A DNA stretch of 64,000 nucleotides from Patescibacteria group bacterium (GTDB lineage: Bacteria > Patescibacteriota > Microgenomatia > Daviesbacterales > UBA10151), in contig JBBTSA010000010.1 in assembly GCA_038064895.1 (NCBI GenBank), positions 118,616 through 182,615 of the forward strand, given 5' to 3'. The notes beneath the pieces are model-generated. The model searched no databases and was not told where the DNA came from. It worked only from the letters and a program-made list of their open reading frames with translations. Of the stretch, positions 37,248 to 46,746 are shown piece by piece. The position numbers were made by a program, and so were the translations under genes. The first letter of the stretch is position 1, and every line of letters begins with the position of its first letter.

Positions 37248-39050
37248 GTTCTGCAAAATTTCAGCTTTAATATCATAGATTATTTTATCTTTAAGCCTAA
37301 GAGCATAAAAATTTTCCAGTTCAAAGAATTCATTCTCAAAATTAAAGCCCCATACTCCATCTTTAGATAGGTACGCAGATTTTAGTTTTTTCGGGTCATT
37401 CCAAAATACTTTAGGTGCCAAACGCTTATTTAAATTAATACCTGGATGCCAAAGCATCCAGGTATTAAATCCTCCAGTCAAAGTATTATCATAATAATAT
37501 CCTCTTTCCTGATCCTCGGAAAAATCAAAATAGAAAAGCGAAGGTGAGTTATTACTTAAATTTGGTGTCAGTTGTATTAGTTGATCCCGCATTTTTTTCT
37601 TATCCTCTACACCAAAACCACTTGCTAATTGAAAGTTAAAAAAAGCTTTAATTTCCTGAACATTTAGGAATATAAAAAATAACAATGGTATAAAAATTGC
37701 TAAAGTCATAAATCCAAAAAATCTATTGTTTACAAATTTATATAAATTAGTAAATATAATTACGAATAAGCTACTTAAAAATAAACTCATAAAAAGTGCC
37801 GGGATTGTTAAATATCTGTGACTGCCGCTAAATACCTCGGAGGTCGCAGCTCCAAGCCAGGTTAAAAATATATATCCAAAAGCAAAGAAGGGACCAACGA
37901 AAAGTCCGATAAGCAGTCTATTCTTGTACTTCAGCCATTGTATAAAACTAACAATGGAAAGTATCATTACATAAAATCCTATTAATGCTAAATTTATGGA
38001 TCCTATGCTAATTTGATGATCGGCAAAATGATTTCCTAAGACATATAAAAGTACTAAAGAGAATAGTATTAAAACCAATATTTGAAAAAAGGTATAGAAT
38101 TTTTTAAATACAAGCAGACTAATACACAAAGTTAAAGTTATTAAAATAAATAAGGGTCCGCTTATAATATATTCTAAAAAATTCCCAAAATTATCTATTT
38201 TGGGAACTCCTAAAAATTTGGTGTAAGCAGGAAGACCAATTATACTCCCTAAGGCAATGAAGGGAGTCAGCAGTAAATTCCAATTACCTTTAAAAACTCC
38301 TTGAACTATTTCTATACCATGGGACGTAAAATAACTTAAAAAAATCATTGGTTTCGCAAAAAATATCAAAGATAATGGAACAAACATTATAAGTAATCTT
38401 TTGATAGCATTCTTTTCCAATTTTTTTCTTTGCCAAAACAAAAACATTTCTGTCATGAATATAAACAACGGTAGTTGATACATTCTCTCAGTTGATAAAA
38501 ATAAAGTTAAAATTAAGAGAAAAAATAATAAAAATTGTAAACTCCAGTTTCCGATATTTTTTTTAACCATATACCAATATACAACTACAAAAATTCCCAT
38601 AAAAAGAATTGCTGAATAATCGCTACTTGTAACAACTGTATACATTGTTCCAACAGAAGAATAGGAAAAAGCAAAAAGAATTGTTGCAATAAGTGCTATC
38701 AATATACTTCCTGAAATGGCCAATAAAAGAGGGAACACCGCAAGGGTTGCCAAAATTTTGAAAATGTGGGTAGTTATCTGAAAAGATTTAAAATCCAAAC
38801 CAAAAAGATCATTTTGAATCCCAATATAATATATTTGATGGGTATACACTCCTCCCATAGTCCCCCCAACCTCAATATTTTTGATAAATTGATGAATCGT
38901 ATACGGATTTTGGGTTTTATAAAATGATAAAAACCCCCAATCCACATCAGAAAATCCATACTTTAAATGAGGCTCAAGCAAAATTATTTGACTAATAATT
39001 ACTATTACAACAAGTGAAAACACATACCAATGCCGAGAAGGTAGTTTCAT
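37233..39050 (-). CDS. Polytopic membrane protein, family C member 1 (605 aa; most divergent); putative GT-C-like glycosyltransferase
   Basis: About 13 hydrophobic helices plus a roughly 130 aa C-terminal soluble region. Shares SDVDWGFLSFYK...YYIGI...LFGLDF and the C-terminus ENFYALRLKDK with the other family-C members. Confidence 0.5.
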   Translation of the reverse strand: MKLPSRHWYVFSLVVIVIISQIILLEPHLKYGFSDVDWGFLSFYKTQNPYTIHQFIKNIEVGGTMGGVYTHQIYYIGIQNDLFGLDFKSFQITTHIFKILATLAVFPLLLAISGSILIALIATILFAFSYSSVGTMYTVVTSSDYSAILFMGIFVVVYWYMVKKNIGNWSLQFLLFFLLILTLFLSTERMYQLPLFIFMTEMFLFWQRKKLEKNAIKRLLIMFVPLSLIFFAKPMIFLSYFTSHGIEIVQGVFKGNWNLLLTPFIALGSIIGLPAYTKFLGVPKIDNFGNFLEYIISGPLFILITLTLCISLLVFKKFYTFFQILVLILFSLVLLYVLGNHFADHQISIGSINLALIGFYVMILSIVSFIQWLKYKNRLLIGLFVGPFFAFGYIFLTWLGAATSEVFSGSHRYLTIPALFMSLFLSSLFVIIFTNLYKFVNNRFFGFMTLAIFIPLLFFIFLNVQEIKAFFNFQLASGFGVEDKKKMRDQLIQLTPNLSNNSPSLFYFDFSEDQERGYYYDNTLTGGFNTWMLWHPGINLNKRLAPKVFWNDPKKLKSAYLSKDGVWGFNFENEFFELENFYALRLKDKIIYDIKAEILQNLESF

Positions 39051-39055
39051 TTATT

Positions 39056-40945
39056 CTAAAATCCTAACTCCTTAAGTAAATCTTTTTTTATATCAATAAA
39101 ATCTCTACTCTTTATTTTAAACGCGTAAAAATTTTCCGGTTTGTATAGTATCTCTTTATAACTACTCTTCCCATTCTCCATACAAAGACCTCTGAAGAAC
39201 AAACCTCTTTCTCCATCTTGTTCTTTAATATAAGACAGTAATTGTTTATGCTCATTAAGATATAGTATTTCTAAACATCCATCTATTAAATTATTATCCC
39301 TAAAGTGCATCCAAAAGGGGAAACTTGCTAAAAATCCTTCAGAATAAAATGGGCCCCCTTCTGATAGATCAGAAGTATCAAAATAGAATAGCGATGGTTT
39401 AGAATTATCAAAATTTCCTAATCTTTCTTTGAATTTTCCTTGAAGTAATTGTTGCTCATAAGCAGCTCTACCATTAGCGAGAAGATATAAAAAGCGCATA
39501 CTTATTTCCTTACCATTCATCACAAAAATAGAAATTACTATTATAAATATTGGAATTAACAAAATACTCCTAAATAATCTTCCTCTGATACTGATGACCC
39601 TTTTAAAAATAGAGGATACAAATGCAGATAGTAAAAGCGAAGATCCTATAGCAGATACTACTAAATAAGGATGGGTTCCAGAAAAGCTAGTTCCAAAAGG
39701 AGCAAAAGCCCAAGTTGCAAATGTAAAAATGAATAAAAATAATGGCCCTAGCCAAAAGGCCAAAAGTAAGTAATCATTTCTATCTTTTCTTAACCATTCC
39801 ATAAAACATATACTTCCTAAAACCAAGATATAAATTCCGAACAAGGCAGAGTAAATACCAGTTGGCTCATAATGCATTCCTTGATCTTTAGGTAAATATT
39901 TAGAATGGGTAGCTACAAAAAAAACTAATATTTCAGAAATAAAATTTAAACAGAAAGTAATTAAGAAAAATAACCATGGCCTTTTTGACTTTAAAAATGC
40001 CACGAGCAAGGTCAAAGTTCCAAAAATGACGGTTGGTCCACCCAATAAGAAAAAGGTATACTCCGGTAATGTATCAGCGGTTAATAATCCGAATATTTTC
40101 TGCCAATAATCACCTGGAATAAAAGTATGTCCCATTCCGGAAAAGGGAGATAATAAAAGATGCCAGTTTCCCTCACCTACTTTTTTAAAAATACTCAAAG
40201 GATTCCCCAAAAGATTCGCCACAGAGTCAGGAGCATATACAATAAGAATTAGGAGAGGGAGGTAGAATATAGACATTCTGATGAGAATATTTTTAACATT
40301 ATCCAAATTTAGATTTTTTATTAAATGATATGTTTCAATAAGTGGTAATAAAACTAAAAGGGGAAAAAGTCTTATAGGGGAAAATAGTAGTGATAAAAGA
40401 AAGAGAATGAAACTGACAATTAACCATAGAAAATTTCTTGGATACTTTGTGACAATTAAATAATAAGTTATTAAAAATACACACATCCAGAAAATTGCCA
40501 CATAATCACTTCCTTTAACAACAAACTCAAGAGGACCTATGGATGACGCACTGATAGCAAAAAAAAGTGTAGTTAAAATTGCTAGCAGTTTATCTTTAAA
40601 AATAATAAGCACCAAAGGGAAAATTGCCATTGTTCCCAATGCTTTAAAAGTAATATTCAGCACTTGAAACAAGCGATAATCGAATCCCACTAAAGCTTCT
40701 AACATTCCCATGTAATACACCTGATAAGTAGTATATATCCCTCTCTCAGCCCAAACTTTTGTAATTTCAGATAAAGGATTAGAACCAAGTGATTTATAAG
40801 TAAAGTAAAGAATCCAGTCATCCGGTTTAAAACCTATTTTAAGGGCTAATTCTAAAATGGTAAACTGTAAGGTAACAACAATAATTCCCAAAATTAAAAG
40901 AATAATCAGGATCTCATTTTTTTTAAAAATGCTTTTAGTTATCAT
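39056..40945 (-). CDS. Polytopic membrane protein, family C member 2 (629 aa)
   Basis: FKPDDWILYFTYKSLGSNPLSEITKVWAERGIYTTYQVYYMGMLEALVGFDYRLFQ N-terminal block. C-terminus LFYFDTSD...FRGLCMENGKSSYKEILYKPENFYAFKIKSRDFIDIKKDLLKELGF. Confidence 0.5.
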   Translation of the reverse strand: MITKSIFKKNEILIILLILGIIVVTLQFTILELALKIGFKPDDWILYFTYKSLGSNPLSEITKVWAERGIYTTYQVYYMGMLEALVGFDYRLFQVLNITFKALGTMAIFPLVLIIFKDKLLAILTTLFFAISASSIGPLEFVVKGSDYVAIFWMCVFLITYYLIVTKYPRNFLWLIVSFILFLLSLLFSPIRLFPLLVLLPLIETYHLIKNLNLDNVKNILIRMSIFYLPLLILIVYAPDSVANLLGNPLSIFKKVGEGNWHLLLSPFSGMGHTFIPGDYWQKIFGLLTADTLPEYTFFLLGGPTVIFGTLTLLVAFLKSKRPWLFFLITFCLNFISEILVFFVATHSKYLPKDQGMHYEPTGIYSALFGIYILVLGSICFMEWLRKDRNDYLLLAFWLGPLFLFIFTFATWAFAPFGTSFSGTHPYLVVSAIGSSLLLSAFVSSIFKRVISIRGRLFRSILLIPIFIIVISIFVMNGKEISMRFLYLLANGRAAYEQQLLQGKFKERLGNFDNSKPSLFYFDTSDLSEGGPFYSEGFLASFPFWMHFRDNNLIDGCLEILYLNEHKQLLSYIKEQDGERGLFFRGLCMENGKSSYKEILYKPENFYAFKIKSRDFIDIKKDLLKELGF

Positions 40946-40948
40946 CAG

Positions 40949-42835
40949 TTACAATCCTAACTCCTTATGTATCTCCTCCCTAATATCTACAAAATCTCTG
41001 TTTTTAAGTTTAAAGGCATAAATATTTTCTTTTTTATAAAACATTTCCTGATTCCAGGCTTTACCATCTTCAACACATAAGGACCTATACAAAATTCCCT
41101 TTTTTCCCTCCTGTGTCCTAATGAAAGATACAAGTTTGGTTTTATCTTCATAGAAAATCTCAGAGCAGCCATCTATTAATCTATTATCCATAATATGAAT
41201 CCTATGAGGAAAAATAGATAAAAATGTTTCTGAAAAAAAAGTTCCATCATCAGTAATATCGGATACATCCATGTAAAACAGAGCAGGTCTTGTAAGGTCT
41301 ATATCTTTTAAATGCTTCCTAAATCTATCCTGAATCAAATTTTGAGCAATATAACTTCTTCCTTTTGAATTTATTGAAACAAAAAAACTATTTACCACTT
41401 GTTTGTCGACAAAAAAGATAGCTGTAAGAATTAGAACCACTAATAACCAAGTTATAGCTTTTTTTATCAGAAAAGCTTTCCCGAAACTATAAACTTTACT
41501 TAACATAAGAGATAGAATAGCTGCTATAAAAATAGCAAAACCTTCCGATGCAATAACTAAATAATAGCTTGTTTCTTTAAAACCTAAGTTTAGATCAGCC
41601 AAAATCCAAGTCAGAATTGTAAAAATAAAAGACACTCCTAAGGACACCCAGGAAGCCAAAATAATTAGGTTTCTTGTGCTACTTAGCCATTCTTTGAAAT
41701 AGCCTATGGCCAAAGATGTTGCAAAAACACCATTAACGGTTGAATATAATCTTGGAGGATCAAAAGTAATCTGTAGATTGGGGGGTATATTTTTGCTATG
41801 AAAGGCAATAAAATAGGTGACTGTTTGTAAAACAATATTAGTAACTCCTACATTTACAAAAAAAATTAGAGGCTTCTTGGATGTGGTAATTGCCAATGTA
41901 GCTACTATGATGGTCCAAATTAGAATTGGTCCACCCAAAATTAGGCTTCCTATATATCGAGGTAAATCTTCAAATATAATGGGTTTAATGAAATGTCCCC
42001 ATACCTCAAGCGGTACAAACATAAATCCCAGGCCTTGGATTGGGGTTAAAAGAAGATGCCAGTTCCCATCCATAATTATTTGATATAATCCTAAGGCACC
42101 AAAAAAATATTGAGTTATTAACTTTGGTTTGTAAATTAAGGCTAAAATTAAAGGCAGGTAGAGTAAGGAGATTCTGGCTATACCGATCTTGACACTGCTA
42201 AAGTTTTTTTGCTTTGTCCAAATAAATAATTCTATTAAAGGAATTAAGAAAAGCAGAGGATAGGAGCGAATAGTTGAAGAAATAATAGTCAGAAGTAACA
42301 GAATACAAGAAATTGGAAGCCATTTAGTTTTTAAAATATTTTTCTTTACTAAAAAGAAGTAGCTTATAAAGAAGCTATTCATAAAAAAAATTGACACATA
42401 GTCTCCTCCTTTAACTGCAAATTCTAAGGATCCAACTGAGGAATAGCTAATAGCATAAAGAAATACGGATAGAGCAGCAAAAAGCTTATTTTTAAACACA
42501 AGAGCTATAAGTGGAAATATAGATACAGTTGCTACAACCTTTATAATTATATTAGTTAATCCTATTGCTTGATAATTGATACCCCAAATGTCTACCAATC
42601 CTCCCAAATAATAAAGGAAGAAAGTGGTATAAGGTCCCCTTTCCTGCCAAACTTCAGATAGTTTTAAAATAGGATTATCTCCCAAAGATTTATATATAAA
42701 AACAAAACTCCAATCGTCTGGTGAGAAACCTATCTCAAAAGGCCGGAGTATCAAGTATTGAATAAAGGATACAATTAATATCAGGATAATTAATGTTAAA
42801 AGGTAGGATTGTACTATACCGATTTTTAGATTCAT
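40949..42835 (-). CDS. Polytopic membrane protein, family C member 3 (628 aa)
   Basis: FSPDDWSFVFIYKSLGDNPILKLSEVWQERGPYTTFFLYYLGGLVDIWGINYQ...C-terminus YRSLCVEDGKAWNQEMFYKKENIYAFKLKNRDFVDIREEIHKELGL. The start codon shares a base with the stop of 42835..43872 (TAATG coupling). Confidence 0.5.
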   Translation of the reverse strand: MNLKIGIVQSYLLTLIILILIVSFIQYLILRPFEIGFSPDDWSFVFIYKSLGDNPILKLSEVWQERGPYTTFFLYYLGGLVDIWGINYQAIGLTNIIIKVVATVSIFPLIALVFKNKLFAALSVFLYAISYSSVGSLEFAVKGGDYVSIFFMNSFFISYFFLVKKNILKTKWLPISCILLLLTIISSTIRSYPLLFLIPLIELFIWTKQKNFSSVKIGIARISLLYLPLILALIYKPKLITQYFFGALGLYQIIMDGNWHLLLTPIQGLGFMFVPLEVWGHFIKPIIFEDLPRYIGSLILGGPILIWTIIVATLAITTSKKPLIFFVNVGVTNIVLQTVTYFIAFHSKNIPPNLQITFDPPRLYSTVNGVFATSLAIGYFKEWLSSTRNLIILASWVSLGVSFIFTILTWILADLNLGFKETSYYLVIASEGFAIFIAAILSLMLSKVYSFGKAFLIKKAITWLLVVLILTAIFFVDKQVVNSFFVSINSKGRSYIAQNLIQDRFRKHLKDIDLTRPALFYMDVSDITDDGTFFSETFLSIFPHRIHIMDNRLIDGCSEIFYEDKTKLVSFIRTQEGKKGILYRSLCVEDGKAWNQEMFYKKENIYAFKLKNRDFVDIREEIHKELGL

Positions 42836-43872
42836 TATGGAATTTTATATAAAGCATCAAAAAACATTCTTTGGATTGGGTGAGGGCTATTTTTTAAAAC
42901 TGCTTTCCATTTTCCAGGAACAGGATACTGATGTTCTTTAATATTTTGGTTATCAACAGTGTGTGACTGTTGCCATTGTTTAGTATAAAAATAACCCTTT
43001 GTTAAACGATTTATATGTTTTAAATAATTCCTAATTTGATCCCTTCTCATTTCATGTAATGAGCTAACGGTAATAAAAAGACCAAATTGCTTTTTGGGTA
43101 AAAGTTCAATTTGATGCGGCATTAAAAATTGGATTCTGGCAGATTCAAACTCCTTTTTAATTTGCTGATATGATTTGAAGGGTTTAAATTTAAATATCTT
43201 CTCCCCTGGAAAGACAGTGGAAAGATACTTTTGAGAAATATATAGAGCAGGAGGGATATCAATAATGCAATAAGAAGAATCAGGTAAAACTTTAAGGAAA
43301 ATAAATGCTAATCTCCCATAGCCTGCTCCTAACTCAGCTATCTTCATTTTTTTAGGAAATTTACCTGATTGTCGGATGGCATAAAACTCATGGATAGAAT
43401 TACAAAGATCTTGAGAAATTAATTTATTTTTGTACTCTACTACAAATGGGTTACCTACTAAAGGCTCCTCTAGAGAATCCAATAAATTTAAGTAGTCATT
43501 TTGAGAAATATAGTCTGCAAAAGAGGATACAAACACCTTATATATCAAGGCAGATAGCCAGTTAAACCTCTTAACTTGTTCTTCAGATTCAGAGAATGAA
43601 TATACAAATTTACTTTTTAGTATGGGGTCAAAATTACCTTTATTAATCTGAGATAATACAACTGGCAATTGATGTCTGATAATCCCAAGAACACCCCAAT
43701 TAAAATACCTCATATTGACAGACCTTTTGAAATTATCAATGTCTGCATTAATGAGTTGATTAAGATGAATCCTATTTAAATCCACCCAGAAGTTAGAGGG
43801 TTGATAAATTGGCGGAGCTTTTTTTAACTCCTTAAGCATTTGACTTAGTACTTTATTATTAATGATTTTCAT
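42835..43872 (-). CDS. Putative SAM-dependent methyltransferase (Rossmann GxGxG), possible sugar O-methyltransferase
   Basis: IAELGAGYGRLAFIFLKVLPDSSYCIIDIPP resembles MTase motif I followed by an acidic residue at the end of beta2. No other recognisable domain. Embedded between family-C GT-C genes. Confidence 0.4.
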   Translation of the reverse strand: MKIINNKVLSQMLKELKKAPPIYQPSNFWVDLNRIHLNQLINADIDNFKRSVNMRYFNWGVLGIIRHQLPVVLSQINKGNFDPILKSKFVYSFSESEEQVKRFNWLSALIYKVFVSSFADYISQNDYLNLLDSLEEPLVGNPFVVEYKNKLISQDLCNSIHEFYAIRQSGKFPKKMKIAELGAGYGRLAFIFLKVLPDSSYCIIDIPPALYISQKYLSTVFPGEKIFKFKPFKSYQQIKKEFESARIQFLMPHQIELLPKKQFGLFITVSSLHEMRRDQIRNYLKHINRLTKGYFYTKQWQQSHTVDNQNIKEHQYPVPGKWKAVLKNSPHPIQRMFFDALYKIP

Positions 43873-43944
43873 CTTAGATAATTATACTTCATGCTTCGTT
43901 TATTACATTAATAACTTGTATAATTGCTTATCCTAGGTCAAAAC
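43873..43944. promoter_or_regulatory. Divergent intergenic region with candidate -10 box (TATAAT 43919-43924) for 43945..44871 and probable promoter for 42835..43872 on the other strand
   Basis: This is the only intergenic gap of more than 50 nt in the 37-48 kb segment. It is AT-rich and holds a TATAAT hexamer 20 nt upstream of the ATG. Confidence 0.3.
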
Positions 43945-44871
43945 ATGAATTTTAAAAAAAATATTACTGGCAATAAAAGCAAAATTGCGCAATGTTCTTT
44001 TTGTCATAAAGCAAAAAATGTAAAATTTATCTTTGCTGATAGGAAATTCAATTTTTTCTTTTGTTTCACTTGTCATATGGGATTTACATACCCTTACCCA
44101 AAACCAAAGGAACTGGAAAAATATTACCATGAAAATTATTGGGTCACACCTGGTCTTTTAGGATTCTTCAGAAAGTATGTTTTTGATTTTTTCCAAACTC
44201 GGCGTAAAAGGTGGGTTATGCATTACCTCTCCAAAGGAAAAATTCTAGATGTAGGCGCAGGAGAAGCTAAATTCGCTAAATCCCTAGGTAACAGATATCA
44301 AGTCACGAGTTTAGATGTACCATCTTCAAAAATTATTAATAAGAGTGTTCTAAAGGTTAATTTTTTAAAATGGCAGACATCTAATAGATTCGATGCAATA
44401 GTGTTTTGGGAAAGCCTGGAACATACTCCAAAACCGGAGCAATACTTACAAAAAGCATATAAATTGTTAAAAAAAGATGGTTTTATGTTTATTGAATATC
44501 CCCGATTTGATTCCTTTGAGTCAAGATTTTTCAATAAGTATTGGTTTCATCTGGACCCACCCAGACACTACAGTTATATAACTGAGAAAGGACTTGAATT
44601 GCTTGTATCCCGTACTGGACTGTTGAGAGTTTTCCATGGAAGTGTTGCTGCTTTTGAATACGCCATATGGGGATTTATTGGAAGCACCCTAAACATAATA
44701 AATCTGAGAATAACAGATATCTTAAAACAAAATCGCAGTTTAATATTATTATTTCTACTGATCCCTTTTTTTATTATGGTTGTATTTATTGAAATCTTTT
44801 TTGCAATAATAGGACAATCTCCAATTGGATTAATGATTGCCAAAAAAGAATCTAAAAACCTAGCTCCTTAA
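43945..44871 (+). CDS. Class I SAM-dependent methyltransferase with N-terminal Cys4 zinc-ribbon
   Basis: CSFCHKAKNVKFIFADRKFNFFFCFTCHMG (two CxxC pairs), then ILDVGAGEAKFAKSLGNRYQVTSLDVP and FDAIVFWESLEHTPKPEQ. The track start 43924 is TTG; ATG at 43945 is preceded by TATAAT at 43919-43924. Confidence 0.65.
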   Translation: MNFKKNITGNKSKIAQCSFCHKAKNVKFIFADRKFNFFFCFTCHMGFTYPYPKPKELEKYYHENYWVTPGLLGFFRKYVFDFFQTRRKRWVMHYLSKGKILDVGAGEAKFAKSLGNRYQVTSLDVPSSKIINKSVLKVNFLKWQTSNRFDAIVFWESLEHTPKPEQYLQKAYKLLKKDGFMFIEYPRFDSFESRFFNKYWFHLDPPRHYSYITEKGLELLVSRTGLLRVFHGSVAAFEYAIWGFIGSTLNIINLRITDILKQNRSLILLFLLIPFFIMVVFIEIFFAIIGQSPIGLMIAKKESKNLAP

Positions 44872-46744
44872 GTAAATTTTTCTTGATATCTATAAAATCT
44901 TTGTTTTTAAGTTTAAAAGCATAAAAATTGTCCGGTTTATAAAAAATGTCTTTATAACCCCCTTTTCCGTTCTCGACGCAAAGACCTTTGTAGAAAAAGC
45001 CCTTTTGTCCGTCTTGTTCTTTTATGTATGGTATTAATTGTTTATACTCATTAAGATATATTCTCTCTGAGCATCCATCTATTAATTGAGTACCCTGAAA
45101 ACGCATCCAAAAAGGAAAACTTGATAAAAAACTTTCAGTATAAAATGGACCATTCTCTATTTCTGAAGTATCAAAATAAAACAGCATCGGTTCTGTTTGA
45201 TTAAACTGTTTAATTTTTTCCTTAAATTTAGACTGAAGAAATATCTGTCCAGACGCAGCTCGTCCATTTAAATTTGCACTATTAAAGTAAGTATAGATCA
45301 ATTGTCTATTAGCAAAATAAAAAAGAATTATAGATAAAAAAAATATTGGTAAAAATACCATAAATAAAATTGTTTTAACCTTTTTAGTCCTCTCATAAAA
45401 AATTACCAGTAGTGCCGAGATAAACAAATAAATTCCAACACTCGGAATCATTAGATAATGATCCTGAGCCCCTCCAAATGCTAAATTCTCACTAGCCAAT
45501 ACCCAAGTTAACACAATAAAAAGAAAGGATATTACCGGACCAACCCATAAAGCAAGTATTAAATGATTTTTTCTACCATCTATTTTCCATTCAATCCAGT
45601 ATACAAAGCTTAGGATCAAAATCAGCAAACCAAAAAATGTGGAATATATTCTGGGAATATCAAAAATTATTCTATTTTCTTTTGGCAAACTTAAGAAGTG
45701 ATTTGCAATAAAGAAAACCATTATTTCCAGAATAAAGTTTAAACAAAAGGCCAACAGGAAAAACCTCCAGGGCTTTTTTACTATCAGTAAACTTAAAATT
45801 AAAATTATCAGGCTAAAGATTACTGTTGGCCCACCAAGTATAAAAGAGAAATAATCTTTAAAGCTTTCCATATTTAGTAAACCAAATATTTTCCAGACGC
45901 TATCACTAACAGGAAATGTATGGCCCAATCCTTGTAAAGGGGTTAGTATTAGGTGCCAATTACCTTCTAAAACTCTAAGTATCACTGTAGGAACAACGCC
46001 AATATAATTCATTACTACCTTGGGATGATATAACGTAACAACTATAAAAGGTGCAAAAAGAATAAATAATCTTACTAGACCAATCCTTAGTGCAACAACA
46101 GAAGGTTTTTGAATCAATAAATAAGCTTCTATAGAAGGTATTAACACAAGTAACGGATACAATCTCATTACAGAAAAAAGTACTGCAATAATTAAAAAAG
46201 TAGTCGCTAAGCTTAAACCTTTCCACATCAATAAATTGTTTTTAATAACTTGGTAATAAGTAATCAAAAATAGCCCCATAAAAAACATTCCCAAATATTC
46301 ACTAGGCTCTACAGCTGTCTCTAGTGGACCTGCAGACGGGTAGCTCATTGCAAAAAGTATAGTTGTTAAAATTGCAAGCAATCTACTTTTAAAAACCAAT
46401 AAAACTAGGGGGAAAAGTACCATACTGGCTAGTATTTTAAAGCAAATACCAATTATCTGCATTTTAAAAAAATCAAATCCAACCAAGCTATTTATGATAC
46501 CAGTATAATAAAGCGGAACGGTTGTATAAGGACCTCTTTCTATCCAAACATCAGCAATTTTAGACAAGGGATGAAAACCCAGTAGTTTATACCAGAAAAT
46601 AAAAGACCAATCATCCGGTGTAAGACCAATTTCTAAGGCAGGCTTTAGAAGATCATATTGCATCAAAGATACAATAAAAATAAGTATAATAAAAAGAAAG
46701 AAATTAGAATCTATGGTCTTTGTTAGATCAGATATTTTTTGCAC
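44852..46744 (-). CDS. Polytopic membrane protein, family C member 4 (630 aa)
   Basis: LTPDDWSFIFWYKLLGFHPLSKIADVWIERGPYTTVPLYYTGIINSLVGFDF...C-terminus FYKGLCVENGKGGYKDIFYKPDNFYAFKLKNKDFIDIKKNLLKELGF. Convergent 20 nt overlap with 43945..44871. Confidence 0.5.
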   Translation of the reverse strand: MQKISDLTKTIDSNFFLFIILIFIVSLMQYDLLKPALEIGLTPDDWSFIFWYKLLGFHPLSKIADVWIERGPYTTVPLYYTGIINSLVGFDFFKMQIIGICFKILASMVLFPLVLLVFKSRLLAILTTILFAMSYPSAGPLETAVEPSEYLGMFFMGLFLITYYQVIKNNLLMWKGLSLATTFLIIAVLFSVMRLYPLLVLIPSIEAYLLIQKPSVVALRIGLVRLFILFAPFIVVTLYHPKVVMNYIGVVPTVILRVLEGNWHLILTPLQGLGHTFPVSDSVWKIFGLLNMESFKDYFSFILGGPTVIFSLIILILSLLIVKKPWRFFLLAFCLNFILEIMVFFIANHFLSLPKENRIIFDIPRIYSTFFGLLILILSFVYWIEWKIDGRKNHLILALWVGPVISFLFIVLTWVLASENLAFGGAQDHYLMIPSVGIYLFISALLVIFYERTKKVKTILFMVFLPIFFLSIILFYFANRQLIYTYFNSANLNGRAASGQIFLQSKFKEKIKQFNQTEPMLFYFDTSEIENGPFYTESFLSSFPFWMRFQGTQLIDGCSERIYLNEYKQLIPYIKEQDGQKGFFYKGLCVENGKGGYKDIFYKPDNFYAFKLKNKDFIDIKKNLLKELGF

Positions 46745-46746
46745 AA